Of a stretch of DNA of 64,000 nt, positions 50,657-59,573 are shown piece by piece (position 1 is the stretch's first letter; each line of letters opens with the position of its first letter). This stretch comes from an uncultured Chloroflexia bacterium (GTDB taxonomy: Bacteria; Chloroflexota; Limnocylindria; Limnocylindrales; CSP1-4), in the NCBI GenBank assembly GCA_963748625.1, contig CAVVJT010000003.1, forward strand, positions 128,001 to 192,000, in the 5' to 3' direction. A program made the position numbers and the translations under genes. The notes below the pieces were generated by a model. That model saw only the letters and a program-made list of their open reading frames with translations, ran no database searches and was not told the origin of the DNA.

Positions 50657-50689
50657 AACGCCCCCGGGCCGCAAGGCCGGGGGGCGTTT
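50657..50689 (+). terminator. Intrinsic terminator hairpin
   Basis: AACGCCCCCGGGCC-GCAA-GGCCGGGGGGCGTTT. Confidence 0.75.
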
Positions 50690-50733
50690 CCCGTTCATGG
50701 GGGCCGGCACGGCGGGTCACCCGGTTCAGCCGC

Positions 50734-51168
50734 TCAAGCCCCTGCGCGGACCATCCACTTCTCGGGCTGCTGCAGGGGCTCGAACCCGAACGCCGCATAC
50801 AGGCCGTGCGCGTCATCGGTGGCCAGCATCATCCGCTTGAGCCCCTGGAGGCGGGGGTCCTCCATGATCGCGACCAGCAGGCGCTTCCCCACCCCGCGGC
50901 CGCGCACCGACTCATCCACGAAGACATCGCAGATCCAGGCGAACGTGGCCTGGTCGGTGATGACGCGGGCGAACCCCACCTGGCGCCCACCACGGTAGGC
51001 CCCGAAGACCAGCGAGTGCTCGATCGACCGCTCCACAACGGAACGGTCCCGCCCCAGCGCCCAGTAGGCGCGTTCCGACAGGGCCGGATGAAGCCAGTCG
51101 AGATCGAGCTCCGACTGATCCGTGCTGATCCGCAGGTCGTCTGCAGGATCGTGGGGTCCGGCCGTCAT
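50734..51168 (-). CDS. GNAT family N-acetyltransferase
   Basis: QVGFARVITDQATFAWICDVFV..RGRGVGK and DAHGLYAAFGF. Confidence 0.92.
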   Translation of the reverse strand: MTAGPHDPADDLRISTDQSELDLDWLHPALSERAYWALGRDRSVVERSIEHSLVFGAYRGGRQVGFARVITDQATFAWICDVFVDESVRGRGVGKRLLVAIMEDPRLQGLKRMMLATDDAHGLYAAFGFEPLQQPEKWMVRAGA

Positions 51169-51341
51169 CGGCTGATGGTACTTGGCGCGGCGGCGCTGCA
51201 TCGCAGCCGCCCAGGGAGCGCGGCAGAAGCCCAGCGCAGCGGCATTGCGCAAGCCTATGATCCGGAGTACCCGGCCACCGCAGAGGTGGCGCGTGCTCGT
51301 CCCGGACCGCGCCGATGTGACCGCACAGCACCGGAGGAACC

Positions 51342-52109
51342 GTGGAACCCACCCGCAAGGCACCCTACTCCGTCTCGAACGACGGCACGGGGCCGTACGC
51401 CATGTTCACCTGCGAGTCGTGCGGGCGCGACTACCGCGCGCAGCCGGTCCTCGTGGAGGAGGTCAAGGAGACCATCGCCAAGTCCGCCTTTGGCGGGCTG
51501 CTGCGCAACATCCCGCTGGTCGGCAACGCCGCCGCGAACCAGGTCGACAACGACCGCTATCGGAACACGCTGACCAACGACGAGCTCGAGAAGGCATGGG
51601 CCGAGGTGAAGGTCAACTTCGCCGAGTGCCAGTCCTGCCGCCGGATCGTGTGCATCCCCGACTTCGACATGGCCTCCGGCTTCTGCAAGGAGGACTCGCC
51701 GCGCAGCGAGGAGCTCCAGGCGCGGGATGCGGAGCAGGCCGGCGCGGCCGCCGCGAGCTTCCTCGGTGGCATCGCGAACGCATTCGGCATCCCCGACGCG
51801 ATGAAGGCCGCTGCGGCCCAGCAGGCGGCCGCGGCTCAGCCCGGAGCGGCTCCGGCAGCACCGTCAGGGTGGGGGGCGCCTGCAGCCGCGACTCCGGCGG
51901 CAACCCCGGTGGCGCCGGCTGCGGCACCCGCCGCGGCGGCCCCTGCCGCCACGTGCGCCTCCTGCGGAGGAGCGTTGGCGGCAGGGGCGAAGTTCTGCGC
52001 CAACTGTGGAACGCCCGTGCCCACCAAGGCCTTCTGCACCGGCTGCGGGAAGGAGCTCGCGCCGGGCGCGAAGTTCTGCGCCAACTGCGGCCAGCCCGCC
52101 GCAAGTTGA
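51342..52109 (+). CDS. Multi-zinc-ribbon protein (double zinc ribbon C-terminus)
   Basis: CESC and CQSC...C...C N-domain, then four CxxC (AKFCANCG x2) after an Ala/Pro linker. RBS GGAGG. Confidence 0.85.
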   Translation: MEPTRKAPYSVSNDGTGPYAMFTCESCGRDYRAQPVLVEEVKETIAKSAFGGLLRNIPLVGNAAANQVDNDRYRNTLTNDELEKAWAEVKVNFAECQSCRRIVCIPDFDMASGFCKEDSPRSEELQARDAEQAGAAAASFLGGIANAFGIPDAMKAAAAQQAAAAQPGAAPAAPSGWGAPAAATPAATPVAPAAAPAAAAPAATCASCGGALAAGAKFCANCGTPVPTKAFCTGCGKELAPGAKFCANCGQPAAS

Positions 52110-52187
52110 GCGTGAGCGGCCCTCGGGGCGCCTGCCCAACATGCGGCCGTTGATGCCGGCGCTGGAGCGCCGGTAGAGGCTCGTCGC

Positions 52188-54443
52188 CTACCGGATCACG
52201 GTGAACGCGTCGATGTCGACGCGCGGACGATTTGCGGTGCCGAGGCACGTGATCTTCACCGTGTGCCTTGCTGACGTCGTCCACGACTTCGAGAACACGA
52301 TCCGCCGGTTCTGCGTGGAGCCGGCCCGCAGGTCGATGATGACGGGTGTGGCACCGTCGACAGAGACCGACGCCTTGCCGAGGCCGGTCCCCCGCATCGC
52401 GACCCAGGCGACAGCCCGTCCCGTGAATGCGAACGTGGCCGAAGCGCCTCGCGCGGTCGTGGCCCTGTACGACCCTCCGGATGCTCCCGTGGCACGGACG
52501 GTCTTCCAGGTCCCGCGCCAGGCGACCGCCGGGCTCGACTGCTGGCTCAGGAGCACACGGAACGTCGATCCGGGTCTGTCCGTGGAGGAGTTGGCCGCGT
52601 AGTCGGTCGCGCGGGACCGGAACCGGTACGTCCTCGTCGAGGATGCGGTGAGCGCTCGAATGACGGACGGTGTCACCGGGGACGACACGGTGACCCAGCT
52701 GCCACCGTTCGTCTGCTGCTGCAGCCGGTTCGCCTTGACGTTCGAGCCTGCGTCCGTGGCAGACCAGCGGACCTCGACGGGCACGGACGTCCGCCCCAGA
52801 ATTCCGCCAAGGTGGATCGAGACGCCTGGTGGGCCCACCGAAGGCAGCGTCTGGTCGGAGATCGGGATCAGTGCCGCGTCTTCCCAGTCTGCCGTGTAGC
52901 CGGCGCCGGACCAGTAGCCCGAGCGATACGGGGAGCCGAGCGGCGGGTCGATGGACAGCTTGTAGGAACCGCTGACAAGGCCGGATACGGTGAAGTTCCC
53001 GTTCGCATCCGTCTCGACGCCCCCGGGCCCAAACTCCCAGATCCCGCCAGACGACAGACCCGCGAAGACGCCGATCCCAGCGAGCGGCACGCCGCCGGGA
53101 CCCGTGACCCTGCCACTGATCGTGTTGCCGAGCGGGAGCACGATCGCGACCCCGCCGACGCTCGTGGTACCGACCTTCACCGGGATCGTGGCGTACGGGT
53201 CGGGGTTCGAGCGGCCGGCGGCATAGCCAATGACGACGTGATGCGCGGCGCCTGCCTGGATCTCGTACGACCCGGGGGGCACGTTGCGGACGGTCCACGT
53301 GCCGTCCGCACCCGTCACGGCACGAGCGCACCCGAGGTCCGGATCGCACGCGTTGAGCATCGCGTTGGCGACGGGCCCCGCAACGTCGCGAACCGTGCCG
53401 GACAGCGTCGGCAGCACGGGCAGGGCTGCTTGAAGCCCACTCACGTCACCCGCGGTGGTGTCGATCGCCACCCCCTCCGTGGACTGATCGACGAGGACCT
53501 CTCCGGGGCCGTTGTAGTTCCCGTACGGGAAGTTGCCGCCGAGGCTCTCCGGGACGGTGAACTGGAGGTGGTAGGAGCCCGGATACAGGCCCCTGACCTT
53601 GAACTCGCCGTCGGCATCGACCGGGAACAGGACGCTGGTCGAGGCATCGAGCGCCCGCACCTCGACCAGCTTGCCGGTCGCTCCTACGAGGGTGCCGCTG
53701 ATCGACCGGCCACGGGACAGCGTGATGTCCTGGTCCGTCAGGTCGGCCGCGACGACCTCATATCCCGTCGGCACGACCTCGCTGTCCTCCGCCACGACGA
53801 TGCCGTCAACCACGACGCCGCTCGGGAAGTCGCTGCCGTCGGGTCCGTAGACGCGCAGCGTGTAGGTGCCAGGCGTGAGGCCGACGACCTGGTAGTGGCC
53901 GTCGACGTTCGACGCGACCGACGAGCCGCTGACGGGCCCGTCCGCCGAGACCCACGCGCCCGGGACAGGGTCGCCCTCGGGGCTCTTCACGAGACCGGTG
54001 ATCCGAAGGCCATCGGCCAGGTGGATCTCGCGCCCGGCGACGTTCGCCGCGACGACGATCGAGACTGCGTCCGCCGGGTCCTGCGACCCGCCGGGCATGC
54101 CGATGTCCCACGCGCCGAACAGGTTGGTGCCCTCCGGGGCGAGCGCCTGGAGCAGATAGCTGCCATCAGGGACCGGCTGGATCGTGAACGTCCCGTCTGC
54201 TTCCGACACCCCATCGCCCCCGTCGAAGCAGTTGTCGACGGAGGAGCACAACCCCACCGAGGCGCCGGCGACCGGATTGCCGTGCGTGTCCATCACGATC
54301 CCGGAGACGGACAGGCCAACGGGGAGCTGCACGTTCTTGCCGGTCGCGCTCGCCGCGACGGCAACGGGGGGCGCTACCAGCGCCGCGGCCACCACGATGG
54401 CGACGGCTATCGAGAACATCGCCCGGATCGAGCCCCTCACCAC
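52188..54443 (-). CDS. Secreted protein with carboxypeptidase-regulatory-like (transthyretin-like) repeats and conserved basic C-terminal module
   Basis: Signal peptide, repeated ISGxV...PxxGAxV...DGxFxxxGLxPGxY, then an FN3-like plus jelly-roll C-terminus. Confidence 0.82.
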   Translation of the reverse strand: MVRGSIRAMFSIAVAIVVAAALVAPPVAVAASATGKNVQLPVGLSVSGIVMDTHGNPVAGASVGLCSSVDNCFDGGDGVSEADGTFTIQPVPDGSYLLQALAPEGTNLFGAWDIGMPGGSQDPADAVSIVVAANVAGREIHLADGLRITGLVKSPEGDPVPGAWVSADGPVSGSSVASNVDGHYQVVGLTPGTYTLRVYGPDGSDFPSGVVVDGIVVAEDSEVVPTGYEVVAADLTDQDITLSRGRSISGTLVGATGKLVEVRALDASTSVLFPVDADGEFKVRGLYPGSYHLQFTVPESLGGNFPYGNYNGPGEVLVDQSTEGVAIDTTAGDVSGLQAALPVLPTLSGTVRDVAGPVANAMLNACDPDLGCARAVTGADGTWTVRNVPPGSYEIQAGAAHHVVIGYAAGRSNPDPYATIPVKVGTTSVGGVAIVLPLGNTISGRVTGPGGVPLAGIGVFAGLSSGGIWEFGPGGVETDANGNFTVSGLVSGSYKLSIDPPLGSPYRSGYWSGAGYTADWEDAALIPISDQTLPSVGPPGVSIHLGGILGRTSVPVEVRWSATDAGSNVKANRLQQQTNGGSWVTVSSPVTPSVIRALTASSTRTYRFRSRATDYAANSSTDRPGSTFRVLLSQQSSPAVAWRGTWKTVRATGASGGSYRATTARGASATFAFTGRAVAWVAMRGTGLGKASVSVDGATPVIIDLRAGSTQNRRIVFSKSWTTSARHTVKITCLGTANRPRVDIDAFTVIR

Positions 54444-54560
54444 GTCCCTCCCTCGTCCCGACCGAATCCGGTCCCGGGCCACGGTAGCCCGAGGACCAGC
54501 GTCGAGTGAAGGCCAGCCGGCCCGTGTGCGAACGCCGAAGCGACCTGAGCCGCCTGAATC

Positions 54561-54597
54561 GAAAACGCCCCCGGGGCCCGAAGGCCCGGGGGCGTTT
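54561..54597 (-). terminator. Intrinsic terminator of pnp
   Basis: AAACGCCCCCGGG...CCCGGGGGCGTTT hairpin just after the pnp stop, with a U-tract on the minus strand. Confidence 0.8.
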
Positions 54598-54609
54598 GCC
54601 AGTACGGGG

Positions 54610-57195
54610 TTACTTGGCGAGGTGCCGCTGCATCGCAGCCTTGCGGCTGAGGTTCACGCGGCCCTGGCGGTCGATCTCGGTGACCACCACCATGACCTCG
54701 TCGCCGACGGACACGACGTCCTCGACGCTGGGCACGTGGTAGTCGGCGAGCTCGCCGATCCGGATGAGGCCTTCCTTGCCGGGCAGGATCTCCACGAAGC
54801 AGCCGAAGTTCATCAGCCGGGTGACCTTGCCGAGGTACAGGGAGCCGACCTCGACCTCACGGGTGAGGCTCTCGATCCACTGGATCGCCTTGCGCGAGTT
54901 CTCGCCGGAGACGGCCGCGATCTCGACGGTGCCGTCATCCTCGACGTTGATCTCGGTCTGGGTCTCCTCCTGGATCTTGCGGATCATCGACCCACCCTTG
55001 CCGATGATCTCGCGGATCTTCTCGGGGTTGATCTTGATCGTGATGATGCGCGGCGCGAAGTCGCTCATCGTCTCGCGGGCGGACGGCAGGACCTCGGTCA
55101 TCTTGTCGAGGATGTGCAGGCGGGCCGCAAGGGCCTGCTTGAGCCCCTCGCGGATGACCCGCTCGTCGATCCCCTTGACCTTGATGTCCATCTGCAGGGC
55201 GGTGATGCCCTCGGACGTCCCGGTCACCTTGAAGTCCATGTCGCCGATCGAGTCCTCCTTGCCGAGGATGTCGGTCAGCACCACGAAGTTGCCGGTGTCG
55301 CCATCGAGCACGAGGCCCATCGCAGCGCCGGCGACCGGCGCCTTGATCGGCACGCCCGCGTCCATGAGGGCGAGGGTCGAGCCGCAGGTCGACGCCATGG
55401 ACGTGGAGCCGTTGCCGGCCACGACCTCGGAGACGAGGCGGATGACGTACGGGAACTCCTCCTGCGACGGCAGGACGGGCAGGAGCGCGCGGGCGGCCAG
55501 GTTGCCGTGGCCGATGTCGCGCCGGCTCGGGCCGCGCATGGGCTTGTTCTCGCCCGTGCTGTACGGCGGGAAGTTGTAGTGGTGCAGGTACCGCTTCTCG
55601 GTCTCAGGGCTGATCGTGTCGATCCGCTGCACGTCCGAGGACGCACCGAGGGTGGCGACGGTCAGGGCCTGGGTCTGGCCGCGGGTGAACAGGCCCGAGC
55701 CGTGCGCGCGCGGCAGAAGGCCAACCTCGACCGAGATCGGGCGGACCTCGTCGGTGGCGCGGCCGTCCATGCGGAGGCCCTCGGTCAGCACGAGCTGGCG
55801 GACGGTCTTCTTCTGGACGAGGTTGAACAGGCTCTTGGAGACGCGCGCCTCGCGGCGGGCGGCCTCCAGCTTCGTCGCGGACGCGGCGGCGTCGCCCTTG
55901 ACGGCGCGGATCGCGTCGGCGATACCGGCCTTGAGGGTCTCGATCCGGCCCGGGAGGTCCTTGCCGAACCAGATGAGCAGGTTCGCGGTGGCCTCGGCGT
56001 CCGGCAGCGCGCGGTGGCTCTCCTTCAGCTCGACACCGAAGAAGTTGGCCAGGGTCGCCAGCTTGTAGTTCTCGAGGTCCGGGTAGCCCTCACGTGCGAT
56101 CACGAGCGTGTCAAGGTACGCGCCCTGCTCCACGCGGGTGCCGTCGGCGAGCGCCTCCTGGAGGAAGGCGATGTCGAAGCCGACCGAGTGGCCGACCATC
56201 GGCGCGCTGCCCACGAAGTCGAGCGCCTTGCGGGCAGCCTCGGCCGGGGCCATGGCGCCCTTGACGTCCTTGTCCGTGATGCCGTGCATCTGGTTGCCGA
56301 CGATCGGGCGTCCGGGGTTCACGAAGGTGGACCAGCGGTCGGTGATCTTGCCACCCTTGACGCGGACCGCGGCAACCTCGACGAGGTCGGCCATCTTCGG
56401 GTCCGTGCCGGTGGTCTCGACATCCACGACGACGAACTCGCCGCCCGCCTTCGCCAGTGCGGCGAACGTGAGCACGGAGTCGGTGTTGGGCTCGATGTAC
56501 GGCACGCGCTTGGGCTTGCCCACGAGCTCCCGGAGCTTCTCCTGGATCTCGATGAGCGGCACGAGCGCGCGGTGCCCGAAGAGGATGGCCTCGGCCATGA
56601 CGTCCTCGGGGAGGATCTTGACGCCCGCCTCGACCATCATGATGGCGTCGCGGGTGCCCGAGACGACAAGGTCGAGCTCGCTGTCCGCGAGCTGGGGGTA
56701 CGTCGGGTTGAGGACGAACTCGCCATCGATGCGGCCGACGCGCACGGCGCCGACGGGCCCCTGGAACGGGATCTCGCTGATGGTGAGGGCGGCGGATGCG
56801 GCGATGGTGCCGAGGATGTCCGGGTCGTTCTCGTGGTCCGTCGAGAGGACCGTGATCACGAGCTGGATATCGTCCTTGTAGCCCTCGGGGAAGAGCGGGC
56901 GGATCGGGCGGTCCGTGAGGCGCGCGGCGAGCGTCGCGGCCTCGGACATGCGACCCTCGCGCTTGATGAAGCCGCCGGGGATCTTGCCCGCGGCGTACAT
57001 CCGCTCTTCGAACTCGACCGTCAGCGGGAAGAAGTCGAGGCCGGGGCGGGGCTCGGACCGGTTCGCGGTACCGAGGACCATCGAGTCGCCGTAGCGCAGG
57101 GTGACGGCGCCGCCCGCGAGGCCGGCGAGCTTGCCGGTCTCGAGCGTGAGGGTGCGACCGCCGAACTCGATCTCGAGAGTGGTGGGAGTGGGCAC
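54610..57195 (-). CDS. pnp: Polyribonucleotide nucleotidyltransferase with inserted DEDDh exonuclease domain (861 aa)
   Basis: DFFPLTV, GGFIKREG, RLTDRPIRPLF, RMDGR, HGSGLFTRGQTQ, HHYNFPPYS and EDSIGDMDFK motifs, plus KH and S1 domains. Follows rpsO. Confidence 0.97.
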   Translation of the reverse strand: MPTPTTLEIEFGGRTLTLETGKLAGLAGGAVTLRYGDSMVLGTANRSEPRPGLDFFPLTVEFEERMYAAGKIPGGFIKREGRMSEAATLAARLTDRPIRPLFPEGYKDDIQLVITVLSTDHENDPDILGTIAASAALTISEIPFQGPVGAVRVGRIDGEFVLNPTYPQLADSELDLVVSGTRDAIMMVEAGVKILPEDVMAEAILFGHRALVPLIEIQEKLRELVGKPKRVPYIEPNTDSVLTFAALAKAGGEFVVVDVETTGTDPKMADLVEVAAVRVKGGKITDRWSTFVNPGRPIVGNQMHGITDKDVKGAMAPAEAARKALDFVGSAPMVGHSVGFDIAFLQEALADGTRVEQGAYLDTLVIAREGYPDLENYKLATLANFFGVELKESHRALPDAEATANLLIWFGKDLPGRIETLKAGIADAIRAVKGDAAASATKLEAARREARVSKSLFNLVQKKTVRQLVLTEGLRMDGRATDEVRPISVEVGLLPRAHGSGLFTRGQTQALTVATLGASSDVQRIDTISPETEKRYLHHYNFPPYSTGENKPMRGPSRRDIGHGNLAARALLPVLPSQEEFPYVIRLVSEVVAGNGSTSMASTCGSTLALMDAGVPIKAPVAGAAMGLVLDGDTGNFVVLTDILGKEDSIGDMDFKVTGTSEGITALQMDIKVKGIDERVIREGLKQALAARLHILDKMTEVLPSARETMSDFAPRIITIKINPEKIREIIGKGGSMIRKIQEETQTEINVEDDGTVEIAAVSGENSRKAIQWIESLTREVEVGSLYLGKVTRLMNFGCFVEILPGKEGLIRIGELADYHVPSVEDVVSVGDEVMVVVTEIDRQGRVNLSRKAAMQRHLAK

Positions 57196-57283
57196 GAGCA
57201 AACGACCTCCTTGGTCGTGGATGGAGGGAGCGACCTCAGGCGGGTTGGCCTGGGCTCGCCGGGAAAGCAGGGCCGGATGCGAA

Positions 57284-57308
57284 CGACCCCGGGACGCTCC
57301 CGGGGTCG
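57284..57308 (-). terminator. Stem-loop between rpsO and pnp (terminator or processing site)
   Basis: CGACCCCGGGA-CGC-TCCCGGGGTCG, an 11-bp perfect stem. Confidence 0.6.
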
Positions 57309-57323
57309 CGATGCGGCAAGTGC

Positions 57324-57593
57324 TTAGCGGCGCAGTCCGAGCGAGCCGATGACGGCCCGGTAGCGCGCAGGGTCCTTCTTCACGAGATACGCGAGAAGGC
57401 GACGGCGCTGGCCCACGAGCTTGAGGAGGCCGCGGCGCGAATGATTGTCCTTCGGGAAGCGTCGGAGGTGTTCGGTCAGGTCCCGGATACGCTCCGTCAG
57501 GAGGGCGATCTGGACCTCGGGCGAACCGGTGTCGCCGTCCTTGACAGCGTACTCCGCGATGACCTCTTGCTTCTTCTCCCGCGCGAGCGGCAC
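57324..57593 (-). CDS. rpsO: 30S ribosomal protein S15
   Basis: [21 protein letters not shown]...[23 protein letters not shown]. Confidence 0.98.
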   Translation of the reverse strand: MPLAREKKQEVIAEYAVKDGDTGSPEVQIALLTERIRDLTEHLRRFPKDNHSRRGLLKLVGQRRRLLAYLVKKDPARYRAVIGSLGLRR

Positions 57594-57709
57594 TCGATCC
57601 TCCGACACGAACGATGGCGTGACTACACAATTTGTTCTTCGACCGGGGCAGGATAGCAGGGCATCCACATTTCGCCAAACGGGGCGGCTCCCCGGCAGCC
57701 GCCACCCGA

Positions 57710-58717
57710 TCAGGCGACAGTCCGGCCCGCGGCTTCGAACAGACGCTCCAGGACCCGCATGTTGGCGATGGCATCGGCCATGGGTACAGGCGTGGGGTCA
57801 CCGTCGAGGACCGCCGCTGAGAAGGCGTCCACCTCGCATGCATACGGGTCGGCCGGCGCGAGCTCGATCACATCGGTCTGCCAGTCCTCAGGCGCGTTTC
57901 TGCCAGTCGTGACACGGATGCGGGTGGGGATCGTGGGCGGGATGTTGAACGGGATGTCGATCGCAATCCGGCCCGTCGAGCCGTAGATGTGGACGCGCTG
58001 GTCCGGCTCCACCCGCGTCGAGCAGGTGAACGATGCCACGCCGCCTGCGAAGCGCATCGTGCCTGAGGTCAGGACGTCCACGTCTGAGGCCGGGTCGACC
58101 ACCATCACCGCGGCCACCTCAAGCGGCTCAGCACCGAACAGGAGTCGCGAGAGGTTGACGTTGTAGCAGCCGATGTCGTAGAGCGCGCCGCCCCCCATGG
58201 AGCGGACGCTGCGGATGTCCAACGGATCGTCGAGGAAGTAGCTGAACCAGCTGTCGACCGCACGCAGCTCGCCGATGGCCCCGTCCGCCACCAGCTTGCA
58301 GGCCGCCTGCCACGAGGGATGGTGGCGGTACATGAAGGCTTCCATAAGCACCCGCCCGGTGGCCTCCGCCTCAGCCGCCATGCGCTCGGCCTCCGCCACG
58401 TTCAGGCCGACCGGCTTCTCGCATAGCACGTGCTTGCCGGCCCGGAGCGCCGCGATCGTCCACTCCGCGTGCAGATTGTTCGGGAGCGGGTTGTAGATGG
58501 CGTCCACGTCCGGATCAGCCAGGAGCTGCTCGTACGACCCATAGGCCTTCGGGATGCCGAGCTCGCCGGCCACGCGCTCCGCCGTGGCGGCATGGCGTGA
58601 TGCGATGGCCACGACCTCGGCCCGCCCGGCCCGGTGCATGCCCGGAATGACCTTCCCGGTCGCGATCCGCGCGGTCGAGAGCACGCCCCAGCGGAGAGTT
58701 TCCACGCGTTCCTCCAT
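57710..58717 (-). CDS. Gfo/Idh/MocA oxidoreductase
   Basis: [29 protein letters not shown] and [11 protein letters not shown] motifs. Confidence 0.93.
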   Translation of the reverse strand: MEERVETLRWGVLSTARIATGKVIPGMHRAGRAEVVAIASRHAATAERVAGELGIPKAYGSYEQLLADPDVDAIYNPLPNNLHAEWTIAALRAGKHVLCEKPVGLNVAEAERMAAEAEATGRVLMEAFMYRHHPSWQAACKLVADGAIGELRAVDSWFSYFLDDPLDIRSVRSMGGGALYDIGCYNVNLSRLLFGAEPLEVAAVMVVDPASDVDVLTSGTMRFAGGVASFTCSTRVEPDQRVHIYGSTGRIAIDIPFNIPPTIPTRIRVTTGRNAPEDWQTDVIELAPADPYACEVDAFSAAVLDGDPTPVPMADAIANMRVLERLFEAAGRTVA

Positions 58718-58796
58718 CGTCCGTCCTGCCAGGGTCCCGATGATGCGGCCTGCCGCCGGATCGCGCTCGGTGGAGCACGGGGACGGTGTGTCGCGG

Positions 58797-59570
58797 CTAG
58801 GCGCCGAAACGGACCCGAACGCGGGATCCCGCCGGGACGGGTGGCACCACGAGCCGCCCTCCATCAACGAGCACGTCGACGCGATGCTCGCGCGTCCCGG
58901 TGTCGAGTGCCGCGGGCCACCGTCCGTCCGGTGGCAGCATCACCGGCAGCGGGAACGCCACGACCGTGTCCTCTCCCTCATCCTCGTCCCGACTGGCCAC
59001 CCCGACCACGGTGTGCGGCCGGCCCAGGAGCTCAGCAGCCGTGTCCAGGTCGCCCGCGCCGATGGCCGTGCGGACCTCCGTGCTGCGTACCGAGCGTCCG
59101 TCCAACGTGAACGGCGGCACCACCACCACGTCGAACCCCTGCTCGATCCCGAGCGCCGCGAGCGCCTCGGGCGTGCCCTCGCGCCGGTAGCCGAAGGCGG
59201 CGTCGGGGGTCATCAGGAAGCCGGCCACGGGCGCACGGTCGGCGATGGCCGCCAACGAAGTCCCGGTAGGTGGTCTCGCGCAGCCGCTGGTCGAAGTGGA
59301 CCACCACGGTCGCGGCAACCCCTTCCGATCGGAGACGCTCCAGGCGCTCATGTGGGTCGCACAGGAGCGGCGGCGCCTGGCCCGTGATCACCTCGTCGGG
59401 GTGGTGGTCGAACGTGACCACGACCGGGCGGGCGGCCCGCCTGCCGGCCTCGGCAACAAGATGCTCCAGCAGGTACGCGTGCCCGCGGTGGAGACCGTCG
59501 AACACCCCGACGACCACGAACACGGGTGACTCGCTGCGGGGAGGTCGGCAAGGCCGCGTGCGACGTCCAC
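58797..59570 (-). CDS. ribF: RibF-like FAD synthetase; intact FMN adenylyltransferase domain, degenerate kinase domain (frameshifts near 59530 and 59255)
   Basis: GVFDGLHRGH, VTFDHHP, FGYRREG and STEVRTAI..GD...A.ELLGRP motifs. Located after truB. Confidence 0.8.
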
Positions 59571-59573
59571 GGA

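Noticed and set aside
50657-54597. Two similar hairpins AACGCCCCCGGG...GGGGGCGTTT considered as mobile-element ends
   Set aside because: Both sit just after stop codons as ordinary terminators, and no target duplication or transposase is present.
55975-56440. PNPase insert considered as an intein or homing endonuclease
   Set aside because: It has no N-terminal Cys/Ser or C-terminal His-Asn splice motifs and no LAGLIDADG/HNH motif; the motifs are DEDDh.
57594-57660. Possible S15 autoregulatory leader upstream of rpsO
   Set aside because: It is plausible by position, but I could not identify a convincing structure by eye.
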